Below the pieces are notes generated by a model, which worked only from the letters and a program-made list of their open reading frames with translations, ran no database searches and was not told the DNA's origin. Positions 13,103-24,880 of a stretch of 64,000 nucleotides of DNA are shown piece after piece. The stretch's first letter is position 1; every line of letters starts with the position of its first letter. Source of the DNA: Magallana gigas (lineage: Eukaryota). A program made the translations under genes and the position numbers. The stretch is from NCBI RefSeq assembly GCF_963853765.1, contig NC_088854.1, forward strand, positions 27,528,001-27,592,000, read 5' to 3'.

Positions 13103-13442
13103 AATGCATGGAAAATATTGATTTCAACTGGTGAATGCGTACCGAAATCTACAAACAGTGCCATTGTAATATAGTGGGATTGTGCTGATTAAAAATATCA
13201 GTACATGTATATGCGAAATTGTGTGTTCAAAATGATTTTAAAACCAAATGGCATCCAATATATTTCAAGTGTTTTTAATCTATTTTGAAGAAAATAATTT
13301 TTTCCTCAAATATCATGCTTTGTTTAAAAATTGAAGGTAAAAATTAAACAAAAACGTGACTAGTAATTATTAACTAGTAAATACTATTAGATAGCATAAT
13401 ATTGAAAACATTTGCATGCTAAAATAACCATTATAAGTACAA

Positions 13443-14640
13443 AACAAGAAGCCGATGGGCCTCATCGCTCACCTGAGCAATAATAGGCATGACAAAAATG
13501 AAGTCATAATACAAAAATTCATAATATTATATACGTAATGTACATGTATATTACATAACTTAATACAATGTAGAATAATACATGTAGATCCTGTATAAAT
13601 AAAAAACAATATTCCCCCTGGATATTCTTATGTTTATAATAAAGTCCCTTTTCTAACAGGATGATTTTATAATCATATCACGTTGTGCATCAGAATTCTC
13701 AGACACATCCAAAACAATTGTTTATATATGGGATATAAACCTAAATCAACGATGTGCCCCACCTGGGGCTCAAGAAACGTCCAGGGGCCAAAGTCTAAAC
13801 AATTTTAAAGAATCAGCAAAATGTAAAATTTTTGCATAGAAGTAAAACCATATATTATAACATTTCAGTTTTTGTGAATAATTAAAATGTCATCTTTTGT
13901 AAAATTGGATCCTCAGTGTGGCACCACCCTGCTCCTCAAGAATTTAATTATAACGAATTTAAATCTACATTCTCTGAGATTGCTCTCACTTATGTTACAA
14001 CTTTTCTTGGGAAATGTTTTTAGAAGAAATATAAATTTTTCTCTATATATTCATATGTAAAAAGTCCCCCTCCCGTTGTGACACTCACCCTATCCCCAGG
14101 GATCATTATTTGAACACACTGGAATCCATCCTTCCTGAGGTTGCTTCCACACAAGTTTCAGCTTTTCTTGCCAATTGATTTCTGAGAGGAAGATTGTTCT
14201 CTATACATTCCATGAAAAATTCACCCCCCCCCCCCATTGTGGCCCCACCATTAGCCCCAGGGATCAGGATTTGAACAAACTTGAATCTACGCTACCTAAG
14301 GATGCCTCCATACTACTTTCAGCTTTTTTGACTAATTGATTTTTGAGATTAAGGTTTCAAAAGATTTACTCTATACTTTCCTATGTTAAAACTCGATCCC
14401 CCATTGTGGCCCCATCCTACTTTGAATCTACACTTTCTGTGGATGCTTCCATTTAAATTTTAGCTTTCCTGGCTGGTTAGTTTGTGACAAGATGTTTAGA
14501 GATTTACTCTATCTTTTCCTATGTAGAAATTAAGAAATTCGACCCCCAAACGTGGCCCCACCCTACCCCCAGGGGTCATAATTTTCACAACTTTGAATTT
14601 GCCCTGCCTGACGATGCTACCAAATAAGTTTCAGCATACC
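13443..14640 (+). mobile_element. HINE-like element carrying a ~165-bp satellite-like tandem array (resembles oyster Cg170-type repeat)
   Basis: Starts aacaagaagccgatgggcctcatcgctcacctgag. Units cccattgtggcccca..ccc..aggggatca..tttgaacaaacttgaatctac..acctgaggatgcttcc recur at ~14070, 14237, 14402 and 14552. The Cg170 resemblance is from recall and is unverified. Confidence 0.65.
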
Positions 14641-14969
14641 TGGACGATTGGTTCTTAAAAAGAAGATTTTTCTGGGGAAATAAATTGGCATGTGATAATT
14701 TAGAATACATGGGTTTCTAATCGGTTTTTTTTTTTCAATTCTAATTTTAAAAGCAATACTGTAGTTTATGTTTACTGGTTTCTTTCCCTACCTGACGATG
14801 CTACCAAATAAGTTTCAGCATACCTGGACGATTGGTTCTTAAAAAGAAGATTTTTCTGGGGAAATAAATTGGCATGTGATAATTTAGAATACATGGGTTT
14901 CTAATCGGTTTTTTTTTTCAATTCTAATTTTAAAAGCAATACTGTAGTTTATGTTTACTGGTTTCTTTC
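14607..14969. repeat. Near-perfect 184-bp tandem duplication
   Basis: cctgacgatgctaccaaataag... starts at 14607 and at 14791. The copies differ visibly only in a T-run (11 vs 10). Confidence 0.95.
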
Positions 14970-15354
14970 TATGACAGTTTTCCGATATGAAAAAAAAATA
15001 AAAAACAATTTTTTGATAGAGTTAATCATTTAATTACATCGTATGCTCATTCTCTGGATTTTTCATAATCATGAAATGAAAATTCGAAGGGGAAGGAATA
15101 TGAAGAGAAAAAAAACGATGATAAGGAAATATGAAGTTTTATTGCCCTGGCACGTAATTGTCTAGAATCATTCAGGTGTCACGTTATATAGAATAATCAT
15201 ATTGAGGTATAATTATATACATTTATTGCATTCATTTTCCCCGAGGGCAACACCCGAGGGAAATATGATTTTTTTTCTGGGGGATTAAATCTTCATATTT
15301 CCCGAACGTTCATGCAATATATTGTATATTATACCGAACGACAGGTGATAGTAT

Positions 15355-15497
15355 ATAAATAGTGCCTGTTTGGGAGGGTAACAGTTGAAATTGACACCCC
15401 GAGAAAACCATTGTCAACCGACGCGAAGCGGAGGTTGACAATGGTTTTCGAGGGTTGTCAATTTCAACTGTTATCCTCCCAAACAGGCACTATTTAT
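15355..15497. mobile_element. 143-bp palindromic non-autonomous element
   Basis: Arms ataaatagtgcctgtttgggagg...ccattgtcaacc / ggttgacaatgg...cctcccaaacaggcactatttat around the loop gacgcgaagcgga. Confidence 0.85.
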
Positions 15498-15789
15498 TTT
15501 GTTATACTGAATGTCTTAATTTAAAAGAAAACATCACTGCTTTTAGATAGGAATAACGTGAATTCTAAGGCGAACCGTACGTGCACGATTTTCGCGCATG
15601 TAGCAATTCGTATTGTTATACTTTCATGTTAAAAACTGAAATCTGATTGGTTAGACGCAGTTCATAATCTGTTTTGTTATACTTTCATGTTAAATACTGA
15701 AATCTGATTGGTTTAGACGCAGTTCATAATCTGTTCTATTACCCTCAGCGTTAGCAACGCGATTCAATTATATAGTTAAATCAACCACG

Positions 15790-16710
15790 CAAGTTTGAAA
15801 TAGTACTAATATCTATTAAACATGTGACCTGTACCAAAATACTAAACCTCCTCCTGCATCTGAAACCTATGACTCAGATTCAGCATCCATGCCTGTGGAG
15901 TGCACCAGAATCACAAGATGCATTATCTATTAAAATTTGATAAAGACTGAACCAAGAATAACTATTTGTCTATCAAAGCACAGACACCTGAATTTTTATC
16001 AATCAGTCGTTTAAATGAGTCATATATCGAAAAATTCTACCCCTACTATATATAAATACAGTATTTATATATAGTAGGGGTAGAATTTATCATTAAGTGA
16101 CTGATTGATAAAAATTCAGGTGCCTGTGATCAAAGGGAAACTGCTCTTATAACTTCAACTAGCTCAAAATCCTTAACCTCATCCAATATCCGAAACCTAT
16201 GGCTCAGATTCAGCATTCAAGCCTGTCAAGTGCTTAAGAATTATAAGACGCATCATCCTTGCAAGTCTGGTGAATTAAAGACCAGTTATACCCAAGATAT
16301 ATTTATCAAGCTCCAAAATCTTGACCTCAAGCATCCAAAATCTTTGGCTCAGATTCAGCATCCAAGCCTGTCATGTGCATCAGTATCATAAGACTCACCA
16401 TCCTTGCAAGTTTGGTGAAGCAAAGAATAGTAGTAATTTAGAAATACTAGTAGCTATCAAGGGGCACCTGCTCGAAAAACTTTAACCTCCTCCAGCATCC
16501 GAGATTCATTGCCATGATTCAGCATCCAATCCAAGTCTTTCAAGTCCATAAGTAGGTCCAGATGCATCATACATGCAAGTTTGGTGAAGATAGGACAAGT
16601 AATAATTTAGATACAGGATCTGCACCAATACCTTTAACCAGGTCCGGACGCCAACACAGAGGTATAGCAGAAGCTCCCCCCAACTTCGTCTCGGTGAGCT
16701 AAAAACAATC
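15790..16710 (+). mobile_element. HINE-like element with tandem units (ctcagattcagcatccaagcc...); second copy inverted at 52090-52470
   Basis: About four degenerate units. The end gaagctccccccaacttcgtctcggtgagctaaaaa matches the reverse complement at ~52095-52140. Confidence 0.7.
15979..16128. mobile_element. 150-bp MITE with 30-bp TIRs and 7-bp TSD (ATCAAAG), probably P superfamily
   Basis: TIR CACAG(A/G)CACCTGAATTTTTATCAATCAGTC at both ends. atcaaag at 15972-15978 and 16129-16135. CANRG termini with a 7-8 bp TSD are characteristic of P-superfamily elements. Confidence 0.8.
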
Positions 16711-19331
16711 ACAATCTATTAGCACTAAACAGGGGATGTCATTCTTCTTCAGCCTCATTTTAAAAATATCAAAATCACGCTAGATTTTCCATTATTCATA
16801 GTATAAAAAGGGGCTGCAGACCATGGAACGTATCCTTTCTTGTTGCAATTAAGTTCCTTGAAATTGTGCAAACCTAAAGAATGCATCCAATAACATCCTA
16901 GATAATCAATCAACAAACATCCTGTTTTATCACTTTGTTTATTTCGTTTAAGCATGACATGATAGGAGAACCAATGTAAAGGAATCTAATTCCAGGGTTT
17001 AAGACTGAAATCAACAACAGGTAAACACAGACAACAATAAAAACAGCAACACAGACACATCAATAATGCACCATAAACAAATCAAAAACAAAAGATCATG
17101 GGTCATTTGTCCCATCATTAAAAGCACTAAGGCTCTGTCTAATATTAAGCTATTTTGTATTTTTATATTCATTAAAATCTTGAAAATTCACTAAATATAT
17201 TTAATATAGATCTAATGACTGCTAAAATCTCTGCTTTTCCTCCCTATCAAAAGTAAAAATCATATTTATAAACAAAGGAGCAAAGGCACATGAGAGTGCA
17301 CATTTTTCTTGTGATGAAAAAATATAGCCGTACCTAATAATATGAGTAATTGAAGTATATGCACACAGTATTATTAGGTAGGGGCATAGTTTTTAGTAAG
17401 AGAAAAATATATGTCATGTGGAAAGGTTGAAATAAACATGCATCAAAAATATGTAGACATATTTTACAATACGAAAAAGATTGGGTGGAAAATCAAGTTT
17501 GAAAATAAATACTGTGTTAAAAATCATTGAAATTTTGTTAAATGTGCTAATTACTTGACAATTGCTTCACAAAATCATTCATTCAACACTGTCATTATTC
17601 TTGCCAATATAATAAACAACTAATCATCTGAGATTTTCTTAGTTGACTTCATATATTTCAAATGACATGAAATATGAGATACTGTCATGTACATGTGTTT
17701 CATTTTACTAAAATTAACAAAACAAAAAAGCTTCAAAGGAAATCCTAATCTTCAGACTTCAACTTAGTTTATACCATAGATGGCTTCCAATTTTGATAAC
17801 AATAGACATCTAACTACAACAATTTTCTTCATGAACAATTGTTTCATTCTTTCAAGCAGCATTAACCTTATGGCATATACATCCAAACTGAATCTTACAG
17901 TTACTTTATTCAGGTAAATGCAGTTAACAATGTATTAATATACTAAAAAAAAACATAAGTAAATAGCAGCTAATTCACACCCTTTGATTTTCATGTCCCT
18001 TTAAATAAAATGTGAAATTTCTATGCTTCAGTGTCTGTAAAAAATCAGAAATAGTCAGATATATACCTCCTATGTATTTGGTCAGAATTAGAGAAAACCC
18101 AAAAAAGGAACAAAAATATGAAAACTGATGAAATTGTAAATGATTGTATCTAAAGAGTACAATAATATCTTTACCAAAACCAATAACATGTACATGTATA
18201 TTGTTGAAGTTTAATATTCCAAGATTCAACAAAAGTTGCCCTTTTTAAGAAACTGGATACCAGTTTTAATAAAGGAGTGTACAGTCCATGCAGTCTGCAT
18301 CATATTACATTGCAACACCATAAACAAGTCAATTGAATAAGACTGTACAAATAAGCAATGTTCATTTAAAATTTGCCGAGAGTAAAAAATAACCACCATA
18401 AAAGCCCCCTATGCCGGGATAAGAAAAGGAATAGACTTGATTGACATCCAATTCATTCATCATTTTAAGGGTCTTAAACCTCTAGCAAATAGATAACTCT
18501 TACTGGAATAAATTAATACTTCCCTTTCTGAAACTGTCAAAATAAGCCATCTCTGTCCATTATTTTTTTTTTCAGTGGTACGCTGAAAACATTTGATTTA
18601 ACTTACATAAGGGCAAATATTTCTTTTGGAAAATGATCGTCATAATAGTAGACATTTTGGAAAGTGTACATACAAGGATGTTGTACAGTAAATATTTGAT
18701 TATCCAACAACCCAAAAATTGTTTTCAAAGATTGTCCGCAATTTCATTCTAAATGGCAATATGCATAGAACATTTTTACATTTAATTTCCTTATAAATTT
18801 TAACAATGCAAAAACAATATTGAGGTAGATTGAAAAATATGCTTTTTATGCATGCTTTTTATCCAATTCCTTCAGTGTTGTCAAATACTCAATAATTTAA
18901 TAATCTAATTTTCGTTCTACAACATCCTATTGCTTTGGCTTCACTACATACTATTGCACAACAAACAATAATTCTAAAATAGTGCCATCAACAAACAAGG
19001 TATATAAAAATATAAGTAAACCCGATTAATCAGTGTAAGGAAAGAAAATTATTGTCAATAAAAAGCAATAAAATTGAAACATTAGTGTGTGCTTAAATTT
19101 ACTAAGCATACAATTAGATCTATTCTTGAAAGTACAGATAAAAGTCAATCAAAAATCCATATATAAAAACAGTCACATGATTTTGAAAATCAGACCCACA
19201 AACACTATTATCACATCACAGACACTTAACACATATAGGAGAAAAAAGACATTTGGTATTTTTTTCAAAAAAATCACAATTTGGTAGTACAAATCACAAA
19301 ATCAACTTTGTAGACTAAAATTTCCATGTGT

Positions 19332-22300
19332 CTAGTCTTCTAGATATTCCACATAATACTGGGATTCTCGCAGGTAGTCTTTGATACTTGTTGGAATGGG
19401 CAGTCGGTCTATGTGATCTCGACGCACAATCTGAAGAATCTGGAAACGACACATATGTTGAAGAGACTGCATTTGGCGAAATCGTGAAACCGGGTGAAGG
19501 AGATGAACGGGCATGGGAGGGGCCCCAGGACCAGAGGGGCGAATGAAGTACAGGAATTGTCCGTTACGTGAATTCCTGACGCACTGTTCAATGAACTCTT
19601 TGATGGTAGATTTCCCTAGTGAATCTGGCTGGGACCAAAAGCTGAATTTACCTGGAATAAAATTGACCATCACCATTGAATAAAATTGAATATTATATAC
19701 ATGCTTTGCTTCAAAATTCAATTTGACAAAAAATCTTTTATCATTAAGCCAAATTTTATATGTAAAAGAAGTGAACGAAAAAAAATATACATTGTCCATG
19801 TAAATGGATTAAATTTTCAAATTTTATGTACATATGTATTAAAACATTCTTCGTTAAAAAAACTGAATTGACAAATTTCAATAGTTTTCTGTCCCTTGTG
19901 CAAAACAAAAATAAATTCATCCACCTACTGGTAAATATAATCTTCATGGATTAAATACTAAAAGCATTACCTTTAAGTTTATGAATAACTGATAATTACA
20001 TGTAGAGTGTAATTTAAACTTGTAGAAAGTAAAAGGCTTCGTTAATTTTGTTTTATTTTTGGCATTTGCGTACCTTTGTGGTGCTCTATCCGAGTATGGT
20101 GGACATGTCCATTCATGTTGAAGGACAGACTGAGAATGTAGCGCTCATCCGAGCTGTCCCTCACCAGGAACGACCCATCAGGCTTATTCAGGAGCTTGAT
20201 CTCTGCCTCATCCCAGCTAAGAGGGCCCCAGTACCAACCACACTAACCAAAGTGATAGAGCCAATTTGATTTATCAGTATACAGTAAAAAATACATGTAC
20301 GATTACAATGGACAGATATTATATTCTTTTTTATAAAATGCTTACTTTAAAAACCTTATTGACACAATAAATTTAAGTACATGAACATTATTTGTTCAGT
20401 GTAAATTGCATTGACATCCATTCCACTTACATCTTTCAGCTGTTTCATGCTATCAAGGAAGTCTTTTCTGCATCCTGTGAATTTAAGAAAAAATTGTATT
20501 TTCTTAATAATTCAGTATCATGAGGATTTAAAATACAAAAAAATAGTTGTGATTTTATAAAAATCATGCTGATATTAAGTGAAAATTGTGTTTTAATATG
20601 AAAGGAATTTCTTACTTATATCTGAATTGGGGTTAAATCTAGGAATTTCTGGTAGTGTGACTGGCTCAACAAAACTTGATTTGGCCTTGACGTCTCGCAA
20701 TGGTTTGTCACCAGATGTCTCAGATTTGACCATTTTAGTTTCCACAAGATCCTTGTGCACATTTTCACTGTCTAAAGACTTAGCCATTCCCATGGGGTAA
20801 GTCCTTCTGGCTTCAGGGTTCTTATGAACAGCGGTCTGTCTCAGACTACTGTCTCTGACCTTGACACCAGATAAACTACTACTTTTGACCTGAGATGAGT
20901 TACCAGAACACTGCTGCCTTATGCTGGAAGATTTCCCTTCCTTTTGCTTCCTTTTCTGTCTTTCTTTCTCCCTGCTATGTTTATTGTACTTTTCTTTCAT
21001 GCCCAATTCTGAAAGACTCATATGCACAGGTTCTTCATCATAGTAATAGGAGGGAATGCTTTTATATGGCAGTCCTTTGGGTCTCCATCTGACTTCTGCC
21101 TCTTCATCCAGTATATCTTGTGCATTGTCAGTTTTGGGATCACCACCTATTGCCCCTATTGGCAGTTTCATCATTTCTGCAGTGTCCTCTGAAGCACTAG
21201 TTTCCATTTCCGACTGTGAGGGGGTCACGTCTGTGTTTGAAGCACTATTTTGATCACATCCTAAATCTGCCTCTGTGATGATCAAACTTCCAGCCAGACT
21301 TCCTTGATTGACATCAGAACACTCTGAGTATCCATCATCTGGTTGTCTAGGAAGAGCGTCGACATCTGCATCAGCAAAGGGTATTTCCTCCCAAGATTTT
21401 ACACCTGAGCTGCTCATTGGAGTGTCTTCATTCACTACTTCACTACTGTTATCATTCACAGCTCGTTCATATTCCAGCAGGTTTTCAATAGAAGACACAC
21501 CAGATGGAATGGCCTGGCTATGGAGACTTTCCAACACAAAATCAGCATCATCTTCATATGATGTCCCCAAAGGAGACTTGTACTGAGCTGGAGACACCGA
21601 ACTGTTTATGGACTCGGTATGTTGCTTTAATGGAGTGCTTTCGGATTCTTCTAATTGTGTAGCTGCAAAATTGTCCAAGGGCTGATGATCAGTCAGATCT
21701 GATTGTTTTACCAGTTCTGGATTCGAAGTTTCAAGAGTCTCTGAGACTAGCTGCTCAGCAGATGAAGTAAAAGAATTGATATTTGAGATTGGCTGATCTA
21801 AAGATATACTTAGGTCAGTTATAGCACTATCTGTTTTTGCACTGCTTGCATTTCTGACATCACTAAACATTTCTAAGTTCTCACAAGCTTTTTCACTAGC
21901 ACTACCATCAGTTTCTAAGTCTTCTGTGTAAGTTTCACAAACACTATTAGACGACACAACATTTTCTGATAATGAGTCAAAATGATTCATAACTTGAGCA
22001 AAAAAATCAGTTCCAGAGGAAGAATTATGAATTCCACTATCTATTTGCAAATCTTTTACATCTTCATAGGGTCTCTCTTTCCTTATATAAGATGGATATG
22101 GCACTGAACACATGTCGTCTGCTTCACATTGTGAATTGTTAATATCGTGATCTTTAATTTCCTCATAAATCCTTTCTCTTCTCCTATAAGGAGCCTTTGA
22201 GGAGCCACCACATGTTGAATACCCGTTGCCCTCTCCATCCATTGGATCAGGCCTCACTGAAGAACTCCCACAAGCTGAATATCCATTGCCCTCGTCATCC

Positions 22301-23771
22301 ATTGGATCAGGTCTAACTAAAACACTCCCACAAGTTGAATAGCCATTGCCTTCCTCATTCATCAACTCAGGCCTCACTTCGGTTGATTCTGAATTTGTCT
22401 CCTGAGAAACAAAACAGTTCTGTTCAACAACATGAGTAGAATGAACGAGTATGTTGTCCTCACTACAAGTTTCTTCTGAACCCAGGTCGTCCTGAGCCTG
22501 AACACTGTACTGTCTCTCTGGTAAAGGTGGAGGCTCTTTCTCCACACTTTCCTCCCTATTTATAGCACTACTGGACCTGACTGTGTCTTTCCTTTCTCCA
22601 CTTTGCTTGGTTTTGTTGTGAACTATTGATGGGTTTGCATACACATCCTCTGTTTCTTTCCAAACCACTCCTCCCTGAGAAAGACAATTTTCTGATTTGT
22701 TTGGCGAACCCATCTTTGCTGATTGTAAAGAGTTGTCATGGTGGAGAGGGCAACTTCCAGAACGCACACTTAAAAGATTTGAAGTCAAGTTTGGCAGAAG
22801 GTGGTTTCCCACATCCAGATGTTGACTGTTTGGTCGATTCACATCTAAAATATTTTTTTTTAATTTCATCATTAAAAATAAATTCATCTATTTTCATCAA
22901 AAATGAATTCATCTATTCAAAAGTACAAATACATTTATATTTTTTTTTATTATATGATGTACCTCCTGTGTTAAATGAAGACAATTGCTGACTTAAACAC
23001 CAAAAATATGAAGAAAATGCAAGTAGAAAAGATTACATGTGACAAACCTGTGTGACTCAAATTTGTGCTTCTTCTTTTCCTGGCACTGATCTCAAGCTCG
23101 TTTTCCCCTCCCCGAGCCTCAGCCTGACCCCCTGCTGACTGAGTTCGTCTATGAGTTTGTATTGCTGGTTGACTCTTAGCTTCCTCTTCCTCTTCTTTCA
23201 ACTTTTTAAGCTTCAAATTTTTCATTTTTTCTCGTACCTCGTCCAGAGTTTCATACCCTGGATCCATGTCATCCAAAGGGATGGGCTCCTCCTTACCCCC
23301 ATCGTCCAAGTCTATACCTGCACCATCGGATACTATGAAGTCATTTGACACCTCCAAACAGGACGCCATGGGGCTTTTATCCTGAGGGGGCAAGACCTCT
23401 GTGATTTCCTTTGAATGCCTGGAACGCCTGAGTTTGGGAAATGCCCCGTTTTTCTTCCTCATTTCAACAGGTTTCTGGTAGCTACGGTCAGACTGACTTC
23501 TCCTTACATCCACTCTGGCAAAAGGTCCTTGAGATGGTGTCTCCTTGTGCTCAGGAGACAGTTTCCTCTTAAAGTACAGTCCTTCCACATTCTGAGCATC
23601 TGGAAATTCTGAATCTGTATCACGGTTACGAAAACGTAGCTTCTGCACGAGTCGCCCAAAGAGACTTCTATTAAAGGAGGGAGATGACAGTTTGTTTCTC
23701 TGGTTCCCTGGCTTTGGGGGTTGAGTTCTAGGGGGGAGGGTGGCTGATTTCTGACTTTGTCCAGTTGCCAT
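19332..23771 (-). CDS. SOCS7: Suppressor of cytokine signaling 7-like, 1161 aa, long disordered N-terminus + SH2 + SOCS box
   Basis: Five coding exons 23771-23048, 22844-20616, 20474-20431, 20242-20074 and 19651-19332, all GT-AG and phase-consistent (3486 nt). SH2: DCGWYWGPLSW...GSFLVRDSSDERYILSLSF. C-terminus FLYFIRPSGPGAPPMPVHLLHPVSRF..QSLQHMCRF..LPIPTSIKDYL is most like the SOCS7 SH2 end plus SOCS box. Confidence 0.9.
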
Positions 23772-24088
23772 AATAACAACTCTAATTATGGCCTTATCTA
23801 CATAAGTTACCCTTCAAATTGAAAAGAGATACAATAAGGAAATTACCTAATTGGATACTTAATACATCAATTACATCATTACCAGCAAGATATATGTGTA
23901 AAACTCAACATGTGCAGAAAAATCTTCCTGAATATTTTTATGTATTAAATATAGAGTATCTAAAAATTAGCTCTTCAATTTTCCTTTTAAAAAAAATCAG
24001 ATCAAATACAAGTCATATTAAGAACAGAAAAACCCATAAACAAAGTTTGCTTATTTATAAAGTTCAAAAATAATGAACAAATACATAC

Positions 24089-24175
24089 AAGGAAGTGAGG
24101 TAGACACAGCGACACCGAAGTCTGTGCTGATTTGGTCGGTCTGAGCACCATTGGTAATTTTGGCTTAGGTGTCCC
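24089..24175 (-). other. Probable upstream SOCS7 exon (5'UTR or N-terminal extension)
   Basis: Acceptor cattttacag and donor gtatgt on the minus strand. It splices in frame to the acceptor at 23781, 10 nt before the ATG. Confidence 0.55.
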
Positions 24176-24589
24176 CTGTAAAATGTAAAGAGATGAAAAT
24201 GTTAATCACTGTTTAAATGTCATAGATATTTTGTTGATCTACATGTATATAGTAGATATAATACGGATATATATTATGTATTTATGCACACATTTAATAA
24301 TTCATCCTTGAGAACTGAATGGGAGTTTGACAAGACAATAATGATCCACTTCCTTTTTATGAGGAACATTTCAAGGCAGAAATAATAATGTATTAAATTC
24401 TCAAGTGTCAGTTACAAACACTGTCATGTGAGAGAGAAAAGTTGTTCATAAAGTATCAGTAATTTTTATGTTGGGGCCATAATAGAGAGACAGCTTAAAG
24501 TTTAGACAAATACTCTAATGCTTGAAGATTCTTCCTGGTTAAATTAAGTAAACATGGTAAATTAAGAATATTTCTGACTTCCTTCCTTT

Positions 24590-24880
24590 TTCAGCAGGGC
24601 TTTGCTGAAAACAAAGTCCTGGCTATAGGCATGCAAATTGCAAATGTTTCTACAAATAGCACAACTGCAAATTTAAAGTAAACAAAAAACCAAACAGCAT
24701 CAAAGGAGAAGCTTCCTCTATACCAAATAGTTTCTCAGCCAGCCATGTCAAATCTATCGGAGAGAGAGAGAGAGAGAGAGAGAAAGGAGCTTGCCAAGTC
24801 TTTACTGCACAATATGTATAATTATACATCAAAAGAGCCAAGCTTTCAGTACTTCTGTACTTTGATAACAATTGTAGTCA
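24590..24880 (+). mobile_element. Second copy of the repeat at 7835-8400, with (GA)12 at 24760-24783
   Basis: Direct sequence similarity between the two loci. Confidence 0.75.

Noticed and set aside
12922-13164. 80-aa ORF
   Set aside because: It spans the N gap and is an artefact.
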